DNA from: Octopus vulgaris
Lineage: Eukaryota
Reading direction: 5' to 3'
NCBI GenBank assembly: GCA_951406725.2
Contig: OX597825.1
Coordinates: 7,688,001-7,752,000, forward strand
Length of the DNA: 64,000 nucleotides
The notes under the pieces are model-generated. The model worked only from the letters and a program-made list of their open reading frames with translations, searched no databases and was not told the DNA's origin. The position numbers and the translations under genes were made by a program. Of this stretch, positions 1-13,964 are shown one piece after another (positions within the stretch are counted from its first letter, which is position 1; each line of letters begins with the position of its first letter).

Positions 1-160
1 CGTAAATACACACACGCGCGGGTATACACACGCATGTACACATACACACATCGTTGTATAACAAACAAACGTACGTATGTTTATGTATGGCGGGAGAAGA
101 CAAGCGATAAAGAGAACATAATCGAATGCTTGTATGAATATGTGTGTGTGTGTGTATGTA

Positions 161-215
<55 letters not shown>

Positions 216-803
216 CTGAGTGTGTGTTTGTGTGTGTGTGTGTTTGTGTGTGTGCGGACGGTTTTTCTCTCTCTTTTCATTTATTCTTTCTCTCTTTCTT
301 TCTTACTTTTTCATATCTTCCTCTGTAGTTACGAAGCGAAAGAACCCTCTCTTTATGCAGCTACATACGTGTGTGTGTGTGTGTGTGTGTTTATGTGTGT
401 GTTATTTGTATGTTTGCGTGTATGTGAGTATGTGTGTGTTTGCACCGTGCGTGTGTGTTGTTTTTGTCAAACCTAAAATCTTTGACGTTCCACCCGTGAC
501 TATCCTTTCATTGTCCGTTGCATCACCCTTCCCTTTTTTTTTTTCTTTTCCAGTTCCAGTTGGACAATATACGATCTGTAGGCTTTCTCTGCTACTAGCG
601 AAGTTGAGTATGAACTGAAGCGAGAGTTCCACTGCTATTTCTAGCATTATTTCATCCCTATTACGTATGCATATATGTCCGCGTAAGCTTTCGTTACTGA
701 TGCGATTTAAGCGTGATGGAGTAATGCCCGTCCTTACCTCGAACCTACATGTCCACTCCCTTATCACAACAACAACAACAGCAAAAATAATAACAACAAC
801 AGC

Positions 804-857
<54 letters not shown>

Positions 858-1075
858 CTGTTCTACTCTAGGCACAAAGTCCGATGTTTTGGGGAAGGTG
901 GGAGGCCAGTCGATTAGATCGACACCAGTACGCATCTGGTACTTAGTTTATCGGTCTCGAAAGGATATAAGGAAAAGGTCGACCTCGTCGGAATTTGAAC
1001 TCAGAACGCGAAGACGGACGAAATATCGCTAAGCATATCGCACGGCGTGCTAACGATTCTGCCAAGCTCACCGCC
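858..1075 (-). mobile_element. tRNA-derived SINE, family A (tail type 2)
   Basis: Head ggcggtgagcttggcagaa..gagttcaaattcc, then the core conserved in all family A copies; (TAA)n on both sides. Confidence 0.85.
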
Positions 1076-1078
1076 TTC

Positions 1079-1123
<45 letters not shown>

Positions 1124-1138
1124 TTAATAATAATGATG

Positions 1139-1193
<55 letters not shown>

Positions 1194-1235
1194 AGGGCTT
1201 CGTATATTTAACCCCAGTGTCACTTTGATGGCATG

Positions 1236-1353
1236 CACAAGGGACTAAACATAGAGGGGACAAACAAGGACAGACAAACGGATTAAGTCGATTACATCGA
1301 CTCCAGTGCGAAACTGGTACTTTATTTATCGACCCCCGAAAGGATGAAAGGCA
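1236..1353 (-). mobile_element. SINE family A, partial (core plus tail type 3)
   Basis: Matches the 59621 copy. Confidence 0.8.
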
Positions 1354-1845
1354 ATAATCCTTTCTTTATTGGCCCTAAGGGCCGACCGAACACAAAATCT
1401 ATAAGGACAATACAAAAAAAAAAAAACAAGGGACAAGTGGGGTTTAAAACAGAAAACTTGTGAACAAAAAACAAAAAAAACAACAACACAAAGACAAAAA
1501 ACTATGCATATAAATACTAGTATTAATAATGTGTAAGAGCAGCAGCAGCGGCCGCAGCAGTAGCAGCAGCAGCAAGAACATTGTAAACAGCGAGTCGTCT
1601 GTCAAACAGCCTGCTTTTACATTCAACCGCTGTAACCATAACCACTTCAGTACGCCTCTTAACACAGCTGCTAATCGATTGATTCAGCCTATTGACGCCT
1701 CTCACTTGCACACTCCATTTCTTACCCTCCTCCCCTTCTTACTCTTCCTCCCCCTCTTCACTTACTCTCCTTCCTCAAAAGTGGTTTTGTTTTTGTTGTT
1801 TTTTTTTCTGCTTGTGTGTGTTTCGGTTTTTGCATGTGAGTGAAC

Positions 1846-1897
<52 letters not shown>

Positions 1898-2134
1898 TTA
1901 GCTCATATGCAAATACCACATATGTATATATACATGCATATATGGGTACAGGATATAAAATAAAACATGAACAAAAAGACGAACAAGAACATAAAAAAAA
2001 CAGTGAAAACGAACGATTTTCGAAGAACGAAAGAAACAAATAGAGAAACGAGACAGGGAGACAAGGAACATAAAGAACATTCCCTTCATCAGTTGTCCCT
2101 TGTTTTATCTACTCCGCGTTTCGAAGATTGGGAC

Positions 2135-2188
<54 letters not shown>

Positions 2189-2207
2189 GATACATACATA
2201 CGTACGT

Positions 2208-2265
<58 letters not shown>

Positions 2266-2299
2266 CAACAGATGTCTAGATATAATTAGACGAAATATA

Positions 2300-3290
2300 A
2301 ATAAAGCAGAAGAGGGGTAAAGGCCACCCACCTACACAGACGCCAATTAGGTTGGAACGAGGTGGTACCCCACGAAGCCGCCTGTTTCCGCTCCTCTGTA
2401 TTGGAGCGTGTAAGAACTACCTTCTCTGGGTATTCCAGTTTCAGGTTATGACAGACCATGGATGAAGTTCTTCCCTTATTATTCGAGCGTGCCATTTTCC
2501 TTTCCCTCATTTCATAACATCCGTTATTCCTGAAAGGCATTCATTGGCAATCTGCGTAGCCACATATCTCAGAGCATCCCGAAATGTGGGTTGCCTTCCT
2601 TTGTTGATCTTACACACACATCTTTACTTTGACTTTCTTTCATCCTTTGTTGTGAGTTTTACTTCTTGCCTTCTCTGAGATCCCTACTGTTTTCCAGCCT
2701 CCATTTATTTTTCCGCATTGAAAGAGGATGGCCTGGCACTTCGGAGAGAGAACTCATCAACTTTCTCATCGTCAGCTCGACATTGAGGTTTATGAGAGAT
2801 TTTCATCTGTTATCAGAGATGTAACCATTGGGGCTTTAAAACAGTCGTTTCTACTGATGTAGTTGCTGCCTCTTCTGTTCGTCCCATTCATCCTACAAGT
2901 TCCTCTTAGCATAAAACGCCCAAACAGGCCATATTCGAGCATAGATAACAGTTTAGCTTTCTGTCTTGTACAAACAGCCATATTGTCTTTCAAATTTATA
3001 GATGGTGGTTTCATGAGAACCTGATTGTCCGTCCAGTCCATGTCGCTGTATGGTATCTCAGGACCCACTATCTGATTGTATTTTGTCACAAGGTGACCTG
3101 AAGCCAAAGGTCTATGACTGTATCATATACTTCACCGCAACCATCAGGCTACGCTGCCCTGTATACGGAGATATACCACTTTATGGGAAGCTACGTGACG
3201 AACCAACTCTGACAGGCTTATTCCCCGTATTTCTCAGCTTTTCAAGACCAAACTCACACACCAATAAACCTTATCGTCAACAGTAAAGAA
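2300..3290 (-). mobile_element. Probable decayed RTE-like LINE 3' portion
   Basis: Weak motif order WTDNQVL..G..RRG..R.DCFK..WR..EG; heavily mutated. Confidence 0.35.
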
Positions 3291-4024
3291 AGAAAAAACA
3301 TTCTACATGTCACATAACGCCTGCTTTAACTTTCTGAGGGCAACTGAAGCCCTTCAATTGTTCACAAAATTGAGTTATCTTCCATTTTGTTCATTCTTAT
3401 ATAAATCCGCCAAGCAATGTGACACCAGCTTCATTTACGTAACAGTGCCATGAATGTCTGCGAAATAATGTCACCATTATTCATTTGAATAGCAGCGCTG
3501 TGAAAAAAATTATTTTTGTTGCAGCCATTAATACGTTTATTTCTGTCGCCTGAATTTGTCGGTGTTCAAACTTAATTTTTTATATATATATATATTTCAC
3601 AAAGTGTATGTCTCTACCTGTTTGACTGAATATATTTTCAGTTTACGCTTGCAGTTGTTCAATGATATTTTCTTAGAATCTATTCTTACTGCTTTACAAT
3701 ACAAAGCTATATTTAAACGAGTGTAAACACAAATTTAAAAATATTTTCAAAAAAGAAAGGTATTTTTGTCAACGATCGGTAGAGTGAATTCTCGCACCAT
3801 TTCCTCTTCTTTCTCAAACAACACATCATTCTTTGTATCCTCTTTCTCACCATTGAAGTCATTCCTCAAGTCTATTAAAATCTTATTTGAGGACCACGAA
3901 ATTCGTGTCGTCTTCCTATTGGCAGTGTTTGGCATTATTCTTCCTCGATGTTTGTCGTCCTCATTCCGATTCAAATAAGTTACAGTTGTCCAAAATACGC
4001 CATTAGTGAGTGCAGTCGTATATT

Positions 4025-4061
<37 letters not shown>

Positions 4062-4065
<4 letters not shown>

Positions 4066-4148
4066 CTTGAAGGAAGATTGAAGGCTTCGAATGACCCATC
4101 CGTGTTTTTTGTATCGTCTTCTGAATGTTTTGCGTTCTTGTCCCATTT

Positions 4149-4152
<4 letters not shown>
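4062..4152 (+). repeat. Fragment of a short dispersed repeat embedded in (TA)n
   Basis: Homologous in reverse orientation to 53135-53262 (gaaga.tga.ggcttcgaatg...tgtatcgtcttct...gcgttcttgtc). Confidence 0.6.
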
Positions 4153-4214
<62 letters not shown>

Positions 4215-4505
4215 CATATATGTGTGTAGTGAGATTGTAGTGAGAAAAGCACTATTTATTCGACTTATAACACCAGAAATTTTCTCATCATCGTCATAAT
4301 CATCGTCGTCGTCGTCATTATTATAACATCCTCATCATCATCGATACCAGCAACGCAATCACCATCACCATCGCCACCACCATCATCAACGAAATAATCT
4401 TTGCATTTTTAAAATTCTAGGCTACGGTTCCTTACCAGACTTTGCTGTCTCTATTTCTTGTTGTTGTTGTAGTGGTGGTTATTATAAATGCCATCTTCTC
4501 ACACC

Positions 4506-4553
4506 GTCTCCGATGAAGGCATATAATAAATATCCTTGAAACAGCTGTAAGAC
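4506..4553 (+). ncRNA. Variant hammerhead-like motif in a short repeat next to (TA)n
   Basis: GUCU CCGAUGA AGG cAUAU aauaa AUAU CCU U GAA ACAGCUGU A AGAC: 4-bp stem I, palindromic ACAGCUGU, U4 to C in the core. Confidence 0.45.
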
Positions 4554-4873
4554 CTTCTACTTATGAATGTTCTAAAATCTACACAGCCTTGGTTTTTTAT
4601 CTCATTACACCCAAAAATTATATATATATATATATCTGTTTGTGTGTATGACCGAGTACAGGCTTCACTACGTATTTGTGCGTGTAGGCAAACCAATTGA
4701 TCTTCTTATAATAAATAAATTTTATTCATTGTCGATCTTAGTCTGTTGTTTTATGTTTGTGTTTCTGTTGTGTTTCTCTGCTTTGTACTATTTTTTTTAT
4801 TTCTCTTTTTATATCAAATATTCAATACATATTCTCTCCTCTTCTCTCTCTTTCGCAGTGTGTGTTAGTGTAC

Positions 4874-4911
<38 letters not shown>

Positions 4912-5416
4912 TAAATATATATATGTATGTATCTGTATACACACATATATATATATAAATATATAGATATATGTCTATATATATACATATATATATATAT
5001 ATAGATATATGTCTATATATATAGATATAGAGAGACATATATATAATGTGCAACCCATAATGATAAATTATATATATAATATATGAATATGTGTGTGTCT
5101 GTGTTTGTCTGCATACATATATATGTGTATGATTGTTTTTGTGTATGTAATATATATATATATATATACTCACACAAACCACACATATGTATATATACGT
5201 GCGTCCACACGTACAGCTTTGACATAATGTGGTCTTTGATTAAAAATAATAAACAAACTCACTTCATAGAGTATAATATTATCTGATCATTAATATTAAT
5301 AAATTTACATACGAAGCAATTAAAGAATTTCTCTTTTATTTAAAACCACATTTTAACTTGACCATTATACGAGTTTTAATCTCGTTCCAATATATATATA
5401 TATATGTGTGTGTGTA

Positions 5417-5759
5417 CCGTATTTGATGGCGTGTAAGACGTACCCTTTTATTTTACCCAAACATGGTTTCAAAAATCCTCCCTACGTCCAATGCACTCAA
5501 TGTAAGCTCAAAACTCGCTCAAAACGGTATGTATGCTTACAAAACGTGTGCTGCCACCTGTTGGTGAGTAATTGCCTACGGTATGTTTATAGCGAATGCA
5601 GATGCAATAAATTGCTTATAATTACCTGTAATAACATAAAGTTATAGAGGTAAGTGGAGGAATTAAAACATTATTTTAGTGGTAATTTATTTTACAAAAG
5701 TATAGCTTAGGCTACGGCGTGTCCTATGCACCCCTGCATCTTATAGGTCATAAAATACA

Positions 5760-5760
<1 letters not shown>
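5417..5760. mobile_element. Tc1/mariner-pogo type MITE
   Basis: Imperfect TIRs TA|CCGTATTTGATGGCGTGTAAGACG and CATCTTATAGGTCATAAAATACAG|TA with TA duplication. Confidence 0.7.
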
Positions 5761-5857
<97 letters not shown>

Positions 5858-6209
5858 TCTATATATTCTAGTGCGGGAGAGATAATTGGTACATGGGTGC
5901 ATGTGTGTGTGCGCGAACGTATGTGCGGCCGGTGGAGAACGAAGACGGAGTCAGGGGAGCAGCTGAAAGAAGTTAGACAATAACCAGGTTTGATCGCCTT
6001 AAGTCGACAAGCTTTCTCTATCTCATACTTACTCTAAATCTGAGCTTAATCTACCACTAATCTGTAAGAACAATCGCTCATTTAAATTCTCTTTCTTTAT
6101 TCCCTGTCTTTTATCTCAGAGAGGAAACGGTCTCTTCATTTCATTGGCATGCAATATTTTGTGAGAATTGATACTATAAAGACGTCTATGCATCTATTTA
6201 TCCACCCAT

Positions 6210-6261
<52 letters not shown>

Positions 6262-6756
6262 GTATATATATATACGAGCAAAACGCATTCCCCATCCAAT
6301 GGACGGTGCTGAGTTGTCAAAAATTTAAACCAAATTTTCTCAAAACAACTTGTCCGACCGTCCCTTTGAGAAACACTGATTTAACCTAAATTTGAGACAC
6401 CAGCAAAAGAAGAAATAAAGATAGACTCTTTTCTTATTCCAAAGAAAAACGATTTTATTCACACAAATATGCAACCGAAGAGTTTAAAGTACCAGTAGTG
6501 ATAAGGCTGTTGACTGGGAGAACACAAACATGGTTTAAACAGTAAGCTTGGCAGGAAAGAAACATGCCTTTAAGCAGTACAAAAACAAAAAATGCAAGAT
6601 GCAGTTATGTACAGGTTGACGGAAGAAAAGCAGGACAAAAACGGCTTTATCGATCGCATTCTCACTTGGAATTGATTTTTGTAATTTTTTCAAGACTTAT
6701 ACACGCCCTGATACCGGACAGACAGAACGGATTTTATATAAGAGAGATATATATAT

Positions 6757-6939
6757 AACCACATGCGAGTCGTTGGCGATTTTTTTGCCTCCGTCTTCCT
6801 TTTCTATTGGACTTGCCTCTGTTACTGAAGAAGAGCATTGCTCGAAACGTTAAACCACATTTCATTCCTTCCCTGAGCGTCTGCTAAAACTTTACATGTA
6901 CCACGTCCTCACGTTATTGCTTTTGTGTTTGTTCTTCTT

Positions 6940-6942
<3 letters not shown>
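6757..6942 (+). mobile_element. Short Penelope-LTR-like repeat with hammerhead motif at 6821-6855
   Basis: GUUA CUGAAGA A GAGC AUU GCUC GAA ACGU U AAAC; flanks homologous to 56597-56815; lies between (TA)n and (TG)n. Confidence 0.6.
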
Positions 6943-6978
<36 letters not shown>

Positions 6979-7547
6979 TAATCGTATGCACAGTAAGCAG
7001 CGATTGTTACAATAAAGCTGAGTACATGTATATTTTTTATGCGCTAGTGTACGCTCCAAGACGTTCGCTGCAGTGTTTGCTGGGAAGATATTTTCCTCAT
7101 AGACCGTGCGTATAAACACATAAACACACGCACACACATACGTAGACAGACGTACATCCACACGCACACACGTTTATCTTGCTCAAAATATGTAAATTTA
7201 GTCAAGCTCTCAGCTTGATTCAAAATAGCGATGTTATTATTATTTTTTTCTTATTAAAGCCTAATATCTCGGTTGAACATTATTCTTGCAAGAGTTACGA
7301 TTGGCAGTGAATGAAACCAAAACTTCATACTTAAGAGAAAGAAATAAATGAAGTGAAACGCCTCATTTAGTTATGGCCAATTTGAATTGTAACAACTTCA
7401 CAGAAACCTCTCCAATTTCATAAATAGGCAGAACATTTTTTGTTCAGATCATCTTACGGAATGAGTGATATATAATTTCAGCACTAATGTATCGTCTGTC
7501 GGAGAAGATGAAATAGAACTCAGCATTAATACATTATACTCATTTAA

Positions 7548-7976
7548 GGTGGCGAGCAGAATCGTTAGCACTTCGGGCAAAATGCCTGGCGGCCGTCTAT
7601 ACACTGTGGTTTCAAATGCCGACTTTACCTTTCATTCTTTTGGGGTCGACAAATTGAGTACCAGTTGCATACTGGGGTTAGATGTGATCGGCTTACCAAC
7701 TCCGCCTGTGGAATTGCTGGTCTTGTGCCCAAACTGGAAACTAATGTACTATACTGATTTAAGGCTGTGAGCTGGAAATATTGTTAGCACTCCGGAATAA
7801 TGCCTAGCGGCATTTCGTCCGTCTTTGCGTTATGGGTTCAAATTCCATCGAGGTCAGCTTTGCCTTTCATCCTTTCGGGGTCGATAATTTAAGTACCAGT
7901 TGCATACTGGAGTCGATATAATCGACTGGCCCCTTCCCCCAAAATTTATGGCTTTGTACCTAGAGTAGAAAAGAAT
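7548..7976 (+). mobile_element. Two adjacent SINE family A copies (7548-7743 tail type 1; 7763-7976 tail type 2)
   Basis: Each has head, B box and the core gcctttcatcctttcggggtcgataa.taagtaccag. Confidence 0.85.
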
Positions 7977-8149
7977 ATATTATACTCATTTGATGAGTGA
8001 ACCTAAAAGTAGAATTTAGTCGACCCTTTGTGAAATTGTAGTTCTTCTTTGTGAAAGGTTTTTGTAACCTAAACTGTTCGTAAATTCTGAATTCACTTCT
8101 GCATAAAATGGTGATATGACCCTGATCAAGGTAAAACGTCGTTTCTGCC

Positions 8150-8840
8150 AGCAACCACCATTACCGCCGCCGCCAGCACTGCCACCGCCGCCGTTACCAC
8201 CAGCCTCAGCGCCATCAGCACCACCACTACCACCACTAACTTCAACGATCACTATTCGCACCATAGCAACCAATGATGACTACTACCAACATAAAAACCG
8301 CAGCCACCACCGCAACCACCACGTATACCACTATCGCAGTCTCACCACCACTACAATCACTACCATCACCGCCACCGCCACCTCCGCTACCATCATGACC
8401 ACCACTGCCATCACCACTACCACCTCCCACAACAACAACAACAATCACTATCACAACCATCACCACCACCGTCACCTTCGCTCCCATCATCATCACCACC
8501 ACCACGCCACCACCACTACCACCACCACCACCAATAACAACAGCAACAACAATCACTACCACCACCATCACCACCACCACCACTACCTCCGCTACCATCA
8601 CCATCACCACCACTGCCACCACCACCAATAACAACAGCAACACCGATCATAAGTATCACCAGCATCGCCTCCGCTACCATCATCATCGTCATCATCACCA
8701 CCGCCGCGGCCGCCACCACTAACTACTAAATGTATCACCATCTCAAACAGTACCACCACTAAATAACACCACCAACTGCACTCCCCCTAATCTCCACCAC
8801 CATCCTACCAGCACCCCCACCCACCCCGCCACCATCGCCA
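8150..8840 (+). repeat. Degenerate (ACC/CAT/AAC)n trinucleotide block
   Basis: Seen directly. Confidence 0.9.
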
Positions 8841-9315
8841 AGCTCCGAGCATCACATGGCACTCATTATTCAACCCAAAACAAAACGAAACACTTTCGGT
8901 AAAATACTGCTTAAAATTTTTAATCAAGTAAAAACTCCCAGAATCTGTAACACTTCATCAGTTTAAGAGCTGAAAAATACACACACACACAAACATATTT
9001 ACATCTATGTATATACACAGGCATACATACACACACATGCACACACACACACATACATACATACATGCAAAAATACATATGTATATATATATAAGTATAT
9101 ACATATATGTATGTATTATGGATATATATATATACTCTTTTACTCTTTTACTTGTTTCAGTCATCTGACCGCGGCCATGCTGGAGCACCGCCTTTAATCG
9201 AGCAACTCGACCCCGGGACTTATTCTTTTGTAAGCCCAGTACTTATTCTATCGGTGTCTTTTGCCGAACCGCTAATATATATATATATGTACATCTGTGC
9301 ATTGAACATGTTTGG

Positions 9316-9364
<49 letters not shown>

Positions 9365-9416
9365 GATAGATGGATGGATGGATGGATGGATGGATGGATG
9401 GATGGGTGGATGGATG

Positions 9417-9471
<55 letters not shown>

Positions 9472-9674
9472 CGAAATAGGGAGGGAGAGAGAGATCAGAA
9501 AAGCGACAGGTATTGAGTGATAAAGGTACAGTCAGGCAGTCACTGGTTACAATATATCGAACTTGGGTATGTTCAGTGGTCCTCAACCATTTTCCTCCTA
9601 TGGACTTCTTAGTTTCCCATTTTACTGGGGCTGACCTCCGTAACCATTTACCATTTACAAAATCGTATATTCTC

Positions 9675-10035
9675 TCTTTTTACTCTTTTATTTGTTTCAG
9701 TCATTTTATTGTTGCCATGCTGGAGCACCGCCATTTAGTTGAGCAAATCGATCCCAGGACTTATTCTTTGTAAGCCTAGTACTTATTCTATCGGTCCCTT
9801 TTGCCGAACCGCTAAGTTACGCGGACGTAAACATACCAGCATCGGTTGTCAAGCGATGTTTGGGGGACAAACACAGACACACAAACATATACACACACAT
9901 ACACACATATATATACATATAAACGACGGGCTTCTTTCAGTTTCCGTCTACCAAACCCACTCACAAGGCTTTGGTCAGCCCGAGGCTATAGTGGAAGACA
10001 CTTGCCCAAGATGCCACGCAGTGGGACCGAACCCA
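9675..10035 (-). mobile_element. SINE family C with internal microsatellite (3' fragment also at 9133-9275)
   Basis: Homologous to 43103-43570; (TA)/(TG) tract at the same internal position. Confidence 0.85.
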
Positions 10036-11249
10036 GAGAAAGAAATATTCTTAGGAACTGTATTAAGTAAACTGTTAAAATATTGTGTGTATAGTGGAAG
10101 CATCACGAATTTATTGCTCGTAAATTTTAACAGCAAAATCTTATATGGACCCGCAAGGACCATAAAGAATTTTGTTAAGAACCGCTGGTATGGACCTCTG
10201 TGTATTGACTCTTTCTCTCTCTCTCTCTCTCTCTCTCTGGCTGTATCACACACACAAATACACACATACAACATATATGAACGTATGTGTGTGTGTGTCT
10301 CTGTTCTGTTTGATTTGTGTTCTACTTAAAAGAATGCAAGCTCTTATTTCATTTTTGTTTTAAACGTTCGTTGATAACAACACAGTCACAAAATATGTTT
10401 GAGGCGGCAAGAAAATATTATGTAAAGGAGATTCTATGTTTGTAAATATAGTTTTATCAGGGTTGCAATGTTGCTATTATGCACAGGCACTCGCATCTGT
10501 GTATTTGTGAATACATATATATAAATATATATATATGTATGTAAATATATATATAAATATGATACGGGTGTGAATGCGTTTGTGTGTGTGTGTGAGGAAA
10601 TAATATCGATCGGTGCAATATGCGTGAGCCACTAGCAGTGGAGTGATTCATAAAGTGATTCGCAACAAATACACATTTCACATGATGCGTCGAATACTAA
10701 TTCACAAACACACGCACCCACACACACACACACGCACATACACACACATATTCATGCACACGTACGCACATAAACACACGCAAGCACTCACACATTCGAC
10801 AAAGAACGGAAAAACTTGTGGCGGGACAACATTTAAGACGGTTCGTTTAGTCGATTTCTCTCGCTACCGATGGATGGATGATGCTACGACCATCTCTCCG
10901 TTATTCATCTCTCTCTGTCACTTAAGTTATACGAAGGCATACTAAGTCACATGCACTCACTCTAACATACATACGCACACATATATATATACATGTTCAT
11001 ATACACAAGCAGATACAGAGATAGATAGATGCATGTGTGCGTGTATACTCACACACACGCACTCACACACTCAAACACACACACACACATACACACATCT
11101 ATCTGCTAAATATTAATAAAGATATACATCTACTCATATTTTATATCCATATATTTTTTGTTAGCCTCACCTATGTGCGTGTGTATGTGTGTGTACATAT
11201 GTGTACACTCGCACATAAATATATATATATATATGTATGTATATGTATA

Positions 11250-11371
<122 letters not shown>

Positions 11372-11905
11372 GATATGTATATGCATATGTACATACATGG
11401 GCGCATATATAGAACTATATACACACAAATACGGTCATGTGCGCTCACGCACACACACACATATTGCATTTATTACGGATCCCAATAGTTTTCGAATGAA
11501 GGCCCCTAAATGTATATAGATGCAAATTTGTAATTAGTGTTACAATATTTATGTGTGAATGTTGATGAATATATGAATACATATGGTCGATAAATAAAGA
11601 ATGAAATTAGTCGCAGTCATATGCCGAGGCACCCAACCTCTCCAAACCACCAGCTGACCTTTAAAAGTCAAGAAGGGTGGGTTGACTGATTTCACTGATA
11701 CCCTCACCACATCTGTGTCGAGTTACCCAGTTATGGAGGGAAAATCGTTTCACTAAGAACCAAAAACATGTCCCATGTTTAAGAGACTCCTAAAAAGTAA
11801 CTTGGAAATCTACTACAAGCGGCTACGTCTGAATAGTTGTGTGTGTCTGTGTATGTGTTTGTGTTATGTATATCATGTGTGTGTGTGTGTATATATATAT
11901 ATATA

Positions 11906-12112
11906 GGGAAATTTTACGAAAAAAAACAAAAGACGAAGACAGGTGGTGTACAAAACAAACAGATGTATTAGTATAACGCTCAGGAATAGAAAAAGTATTT
12001 TACGTTTCGAGCCTACGCTCTTCTACAGAAAGGGACACAGAAAAAACAAGGAGAGAAACAAGGAGAGAAAAAAAGGAGAGAAAAAATGCGTGTAGTGGCT
12101 AACGATCTATCA
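11906..12112 (-). mobile_element. Short Penelope-LTR-like repeat with variant hammerhead-like motif at 11998-12031
   Basis: UUU CUGUAGA A GAGC GUAG GCUC GAA ACGU A AAA; downstream CTGAGCGT shared with the 6.8 and 56.7 kb copies; flanked by (TA)n. Confidence 0.5.
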
Positions 12113-13641
12113 TATATATAAATATATGAATACATGATATACATTTATATATACGTCTATACATCATATGCATATGTATATATAAGTGTAAATGTATACA
12201 CATGTACATATTATGTTGATAGACTAAAATCGAAGCTGTGTCCTCCTGAAGCACATCTGCTTATTCCCGTATTACAATCCAGTCTGTTGATATTCTTTAC
12301 TGATGCTTTGATGCAAGGTACATAGATTTGAAAATTCTCGAAATATTGTTTTCGGAGTTGTTATATAAGAAAATAGTAAGTTGGAGAAATTTAGGGAATT
12401 ATCCATTTACCATTGCACATGTTTCATTGCCTAATAGGAATTACAAAACTTTAGATGCTGGAGGAACATGTAAGGAATATCTAATAAGAAATTACTTGCT
12501 TATTTAAAATACAAAACTTTGCAATTCCTATTAGCAAACGAAACATATGTAACGGCGAATAAATAATATTACAAAGTTTTCCAACTTCTTGTTTTGATCT
12601 ATGTATATATATATATATATATATATATTTGTGCGTGTGTGTGTGTGTGTGTTTGTGTGTTTGTGTGTTTGTAAACATACAGACATGAAAAGGTAAAATA
12701 GATTGTGTGTAATATGTTCGAGTGAGTGTGTCTATTCTATTGTATGTATGTGTGTATGTGTATTTCAATTTGTCCACGTCTGTATGGTTACAGTTCTATT
12801 TATAAATATACAACTGTAACTACTGAAGACTTATACCTGATTTATTATATACGTCACACGATTTCGAAGCAAGACTACACTCTCTATGTCCTCTTACGAT
12901 CTAACAGAAGCAACAGCCAAATCTCTCCCTCAGTCGTGTTCCGTCATTTTAAGGGAGGGAAAAGGCTACCTCGCCCCCACTCTGTTTTAATCGTTGGAAA
13001 TTAATGCTTTAAATAATAGACTGGTTAGTCATTGCTGGAGTGCCTTTCATCATGGACGGGTTTGTTAGATTAGAGATGATTAAAGGCCTTAACGACAACA
13101 ACATCAATAGCAACAATGACAGCCGAGATAACCAAGACGACGACGATATCAATATGGATTTCAATGACAACAACAACAACATCAACAACAATAATAATAA
13201 TGATATTTACTTTTATTGTTTTTCCCATACAGTGAAAATGCTAGACCTAAGGGATGCAAACGTGAGGGGATGGTCGAACAATGTTGAAATAGAACAAGGG
13301 GAAAAGGAGAGACGTTAAAGAATAAATAAAACATTTGTTATAGATCTACCATTGATGAAATATCTAATTATATATACTCCCCCCTCTATCCCTCACTCAC
13401 ACACACACACAAACGCGTATTATGATGAAAAACAGTGCAAATCAATAGACAAATGAAGGCCAGCTAGAGTTACCAAACCGCGTACAAAACATAACAATTG
13501 AGTCGGGCCGTGCACAGCATACTGTGGTGTCCTACTTGAAACCACCCGAAGGTGCCAGCGAGCATCTTTGGTGTTAGATCGGGTGAGAAATCATTCACAT
13601 TCCCTTCGACGTTGCACAGTAGTGGATCGTAGACTTTACGA

Positions 13642-13964
13642 GCACTCCGTCGATTACGACGACGAGGGTCCCTTCTGATACGATCACCGAAACAGCTTGC
13701 TCGTGAAATTAACGTGCAAGTGGCCGAGCACTCCACAGACCCGTGTACCCTTAATGTAGTTGTCAAGGAGATTCAGCTTGACACAGAGTCTGACAGACAA
13801 GACTGGCTCCTTTGAAATACAGGTACTACTCCTTTTTGCCATCTGAGTGGACTGGAGTAACATGAAATAAAGTGTCTTGCTGAAGGACACAACGCGTCGC
13901 TGGGAATTGAACTCACGACCTTTCGATCTTGAGCCGAATGCCCTAACCACTAAGCCACGCGCCT
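13642..13964 (-). mobile_element. tRNA-derived SINE, family B (CORE-like centre, tail X)
   Basis: Head ggcgcgtggcttagtggttagggc..gagttcaattccc, centre gttgtgtccttcagcaagacacttta; tail shared with 40808 and 57793. Confidence 0.85.

Noticed and set aside
1538-1575. AGCAGCAGCGGCCG motif shared with about 25100-25115
   Set aside because: A short match within (GCA)n repeats that can easily arise by convergence.
2075-2132. Type II hammerhead (minus strand GAAACGC...CTGATGAAGGG)
   Set aside because: No U16.1-H site after GAAA and stem II does not close properly. The similar GAAA...CTGAAGA order near 53215-53255 also fails.
3340-3990. Possible exon or DNA transposon remnant
   Set aside because: No recognisable motif, splice pair or TIR; left unclassified.
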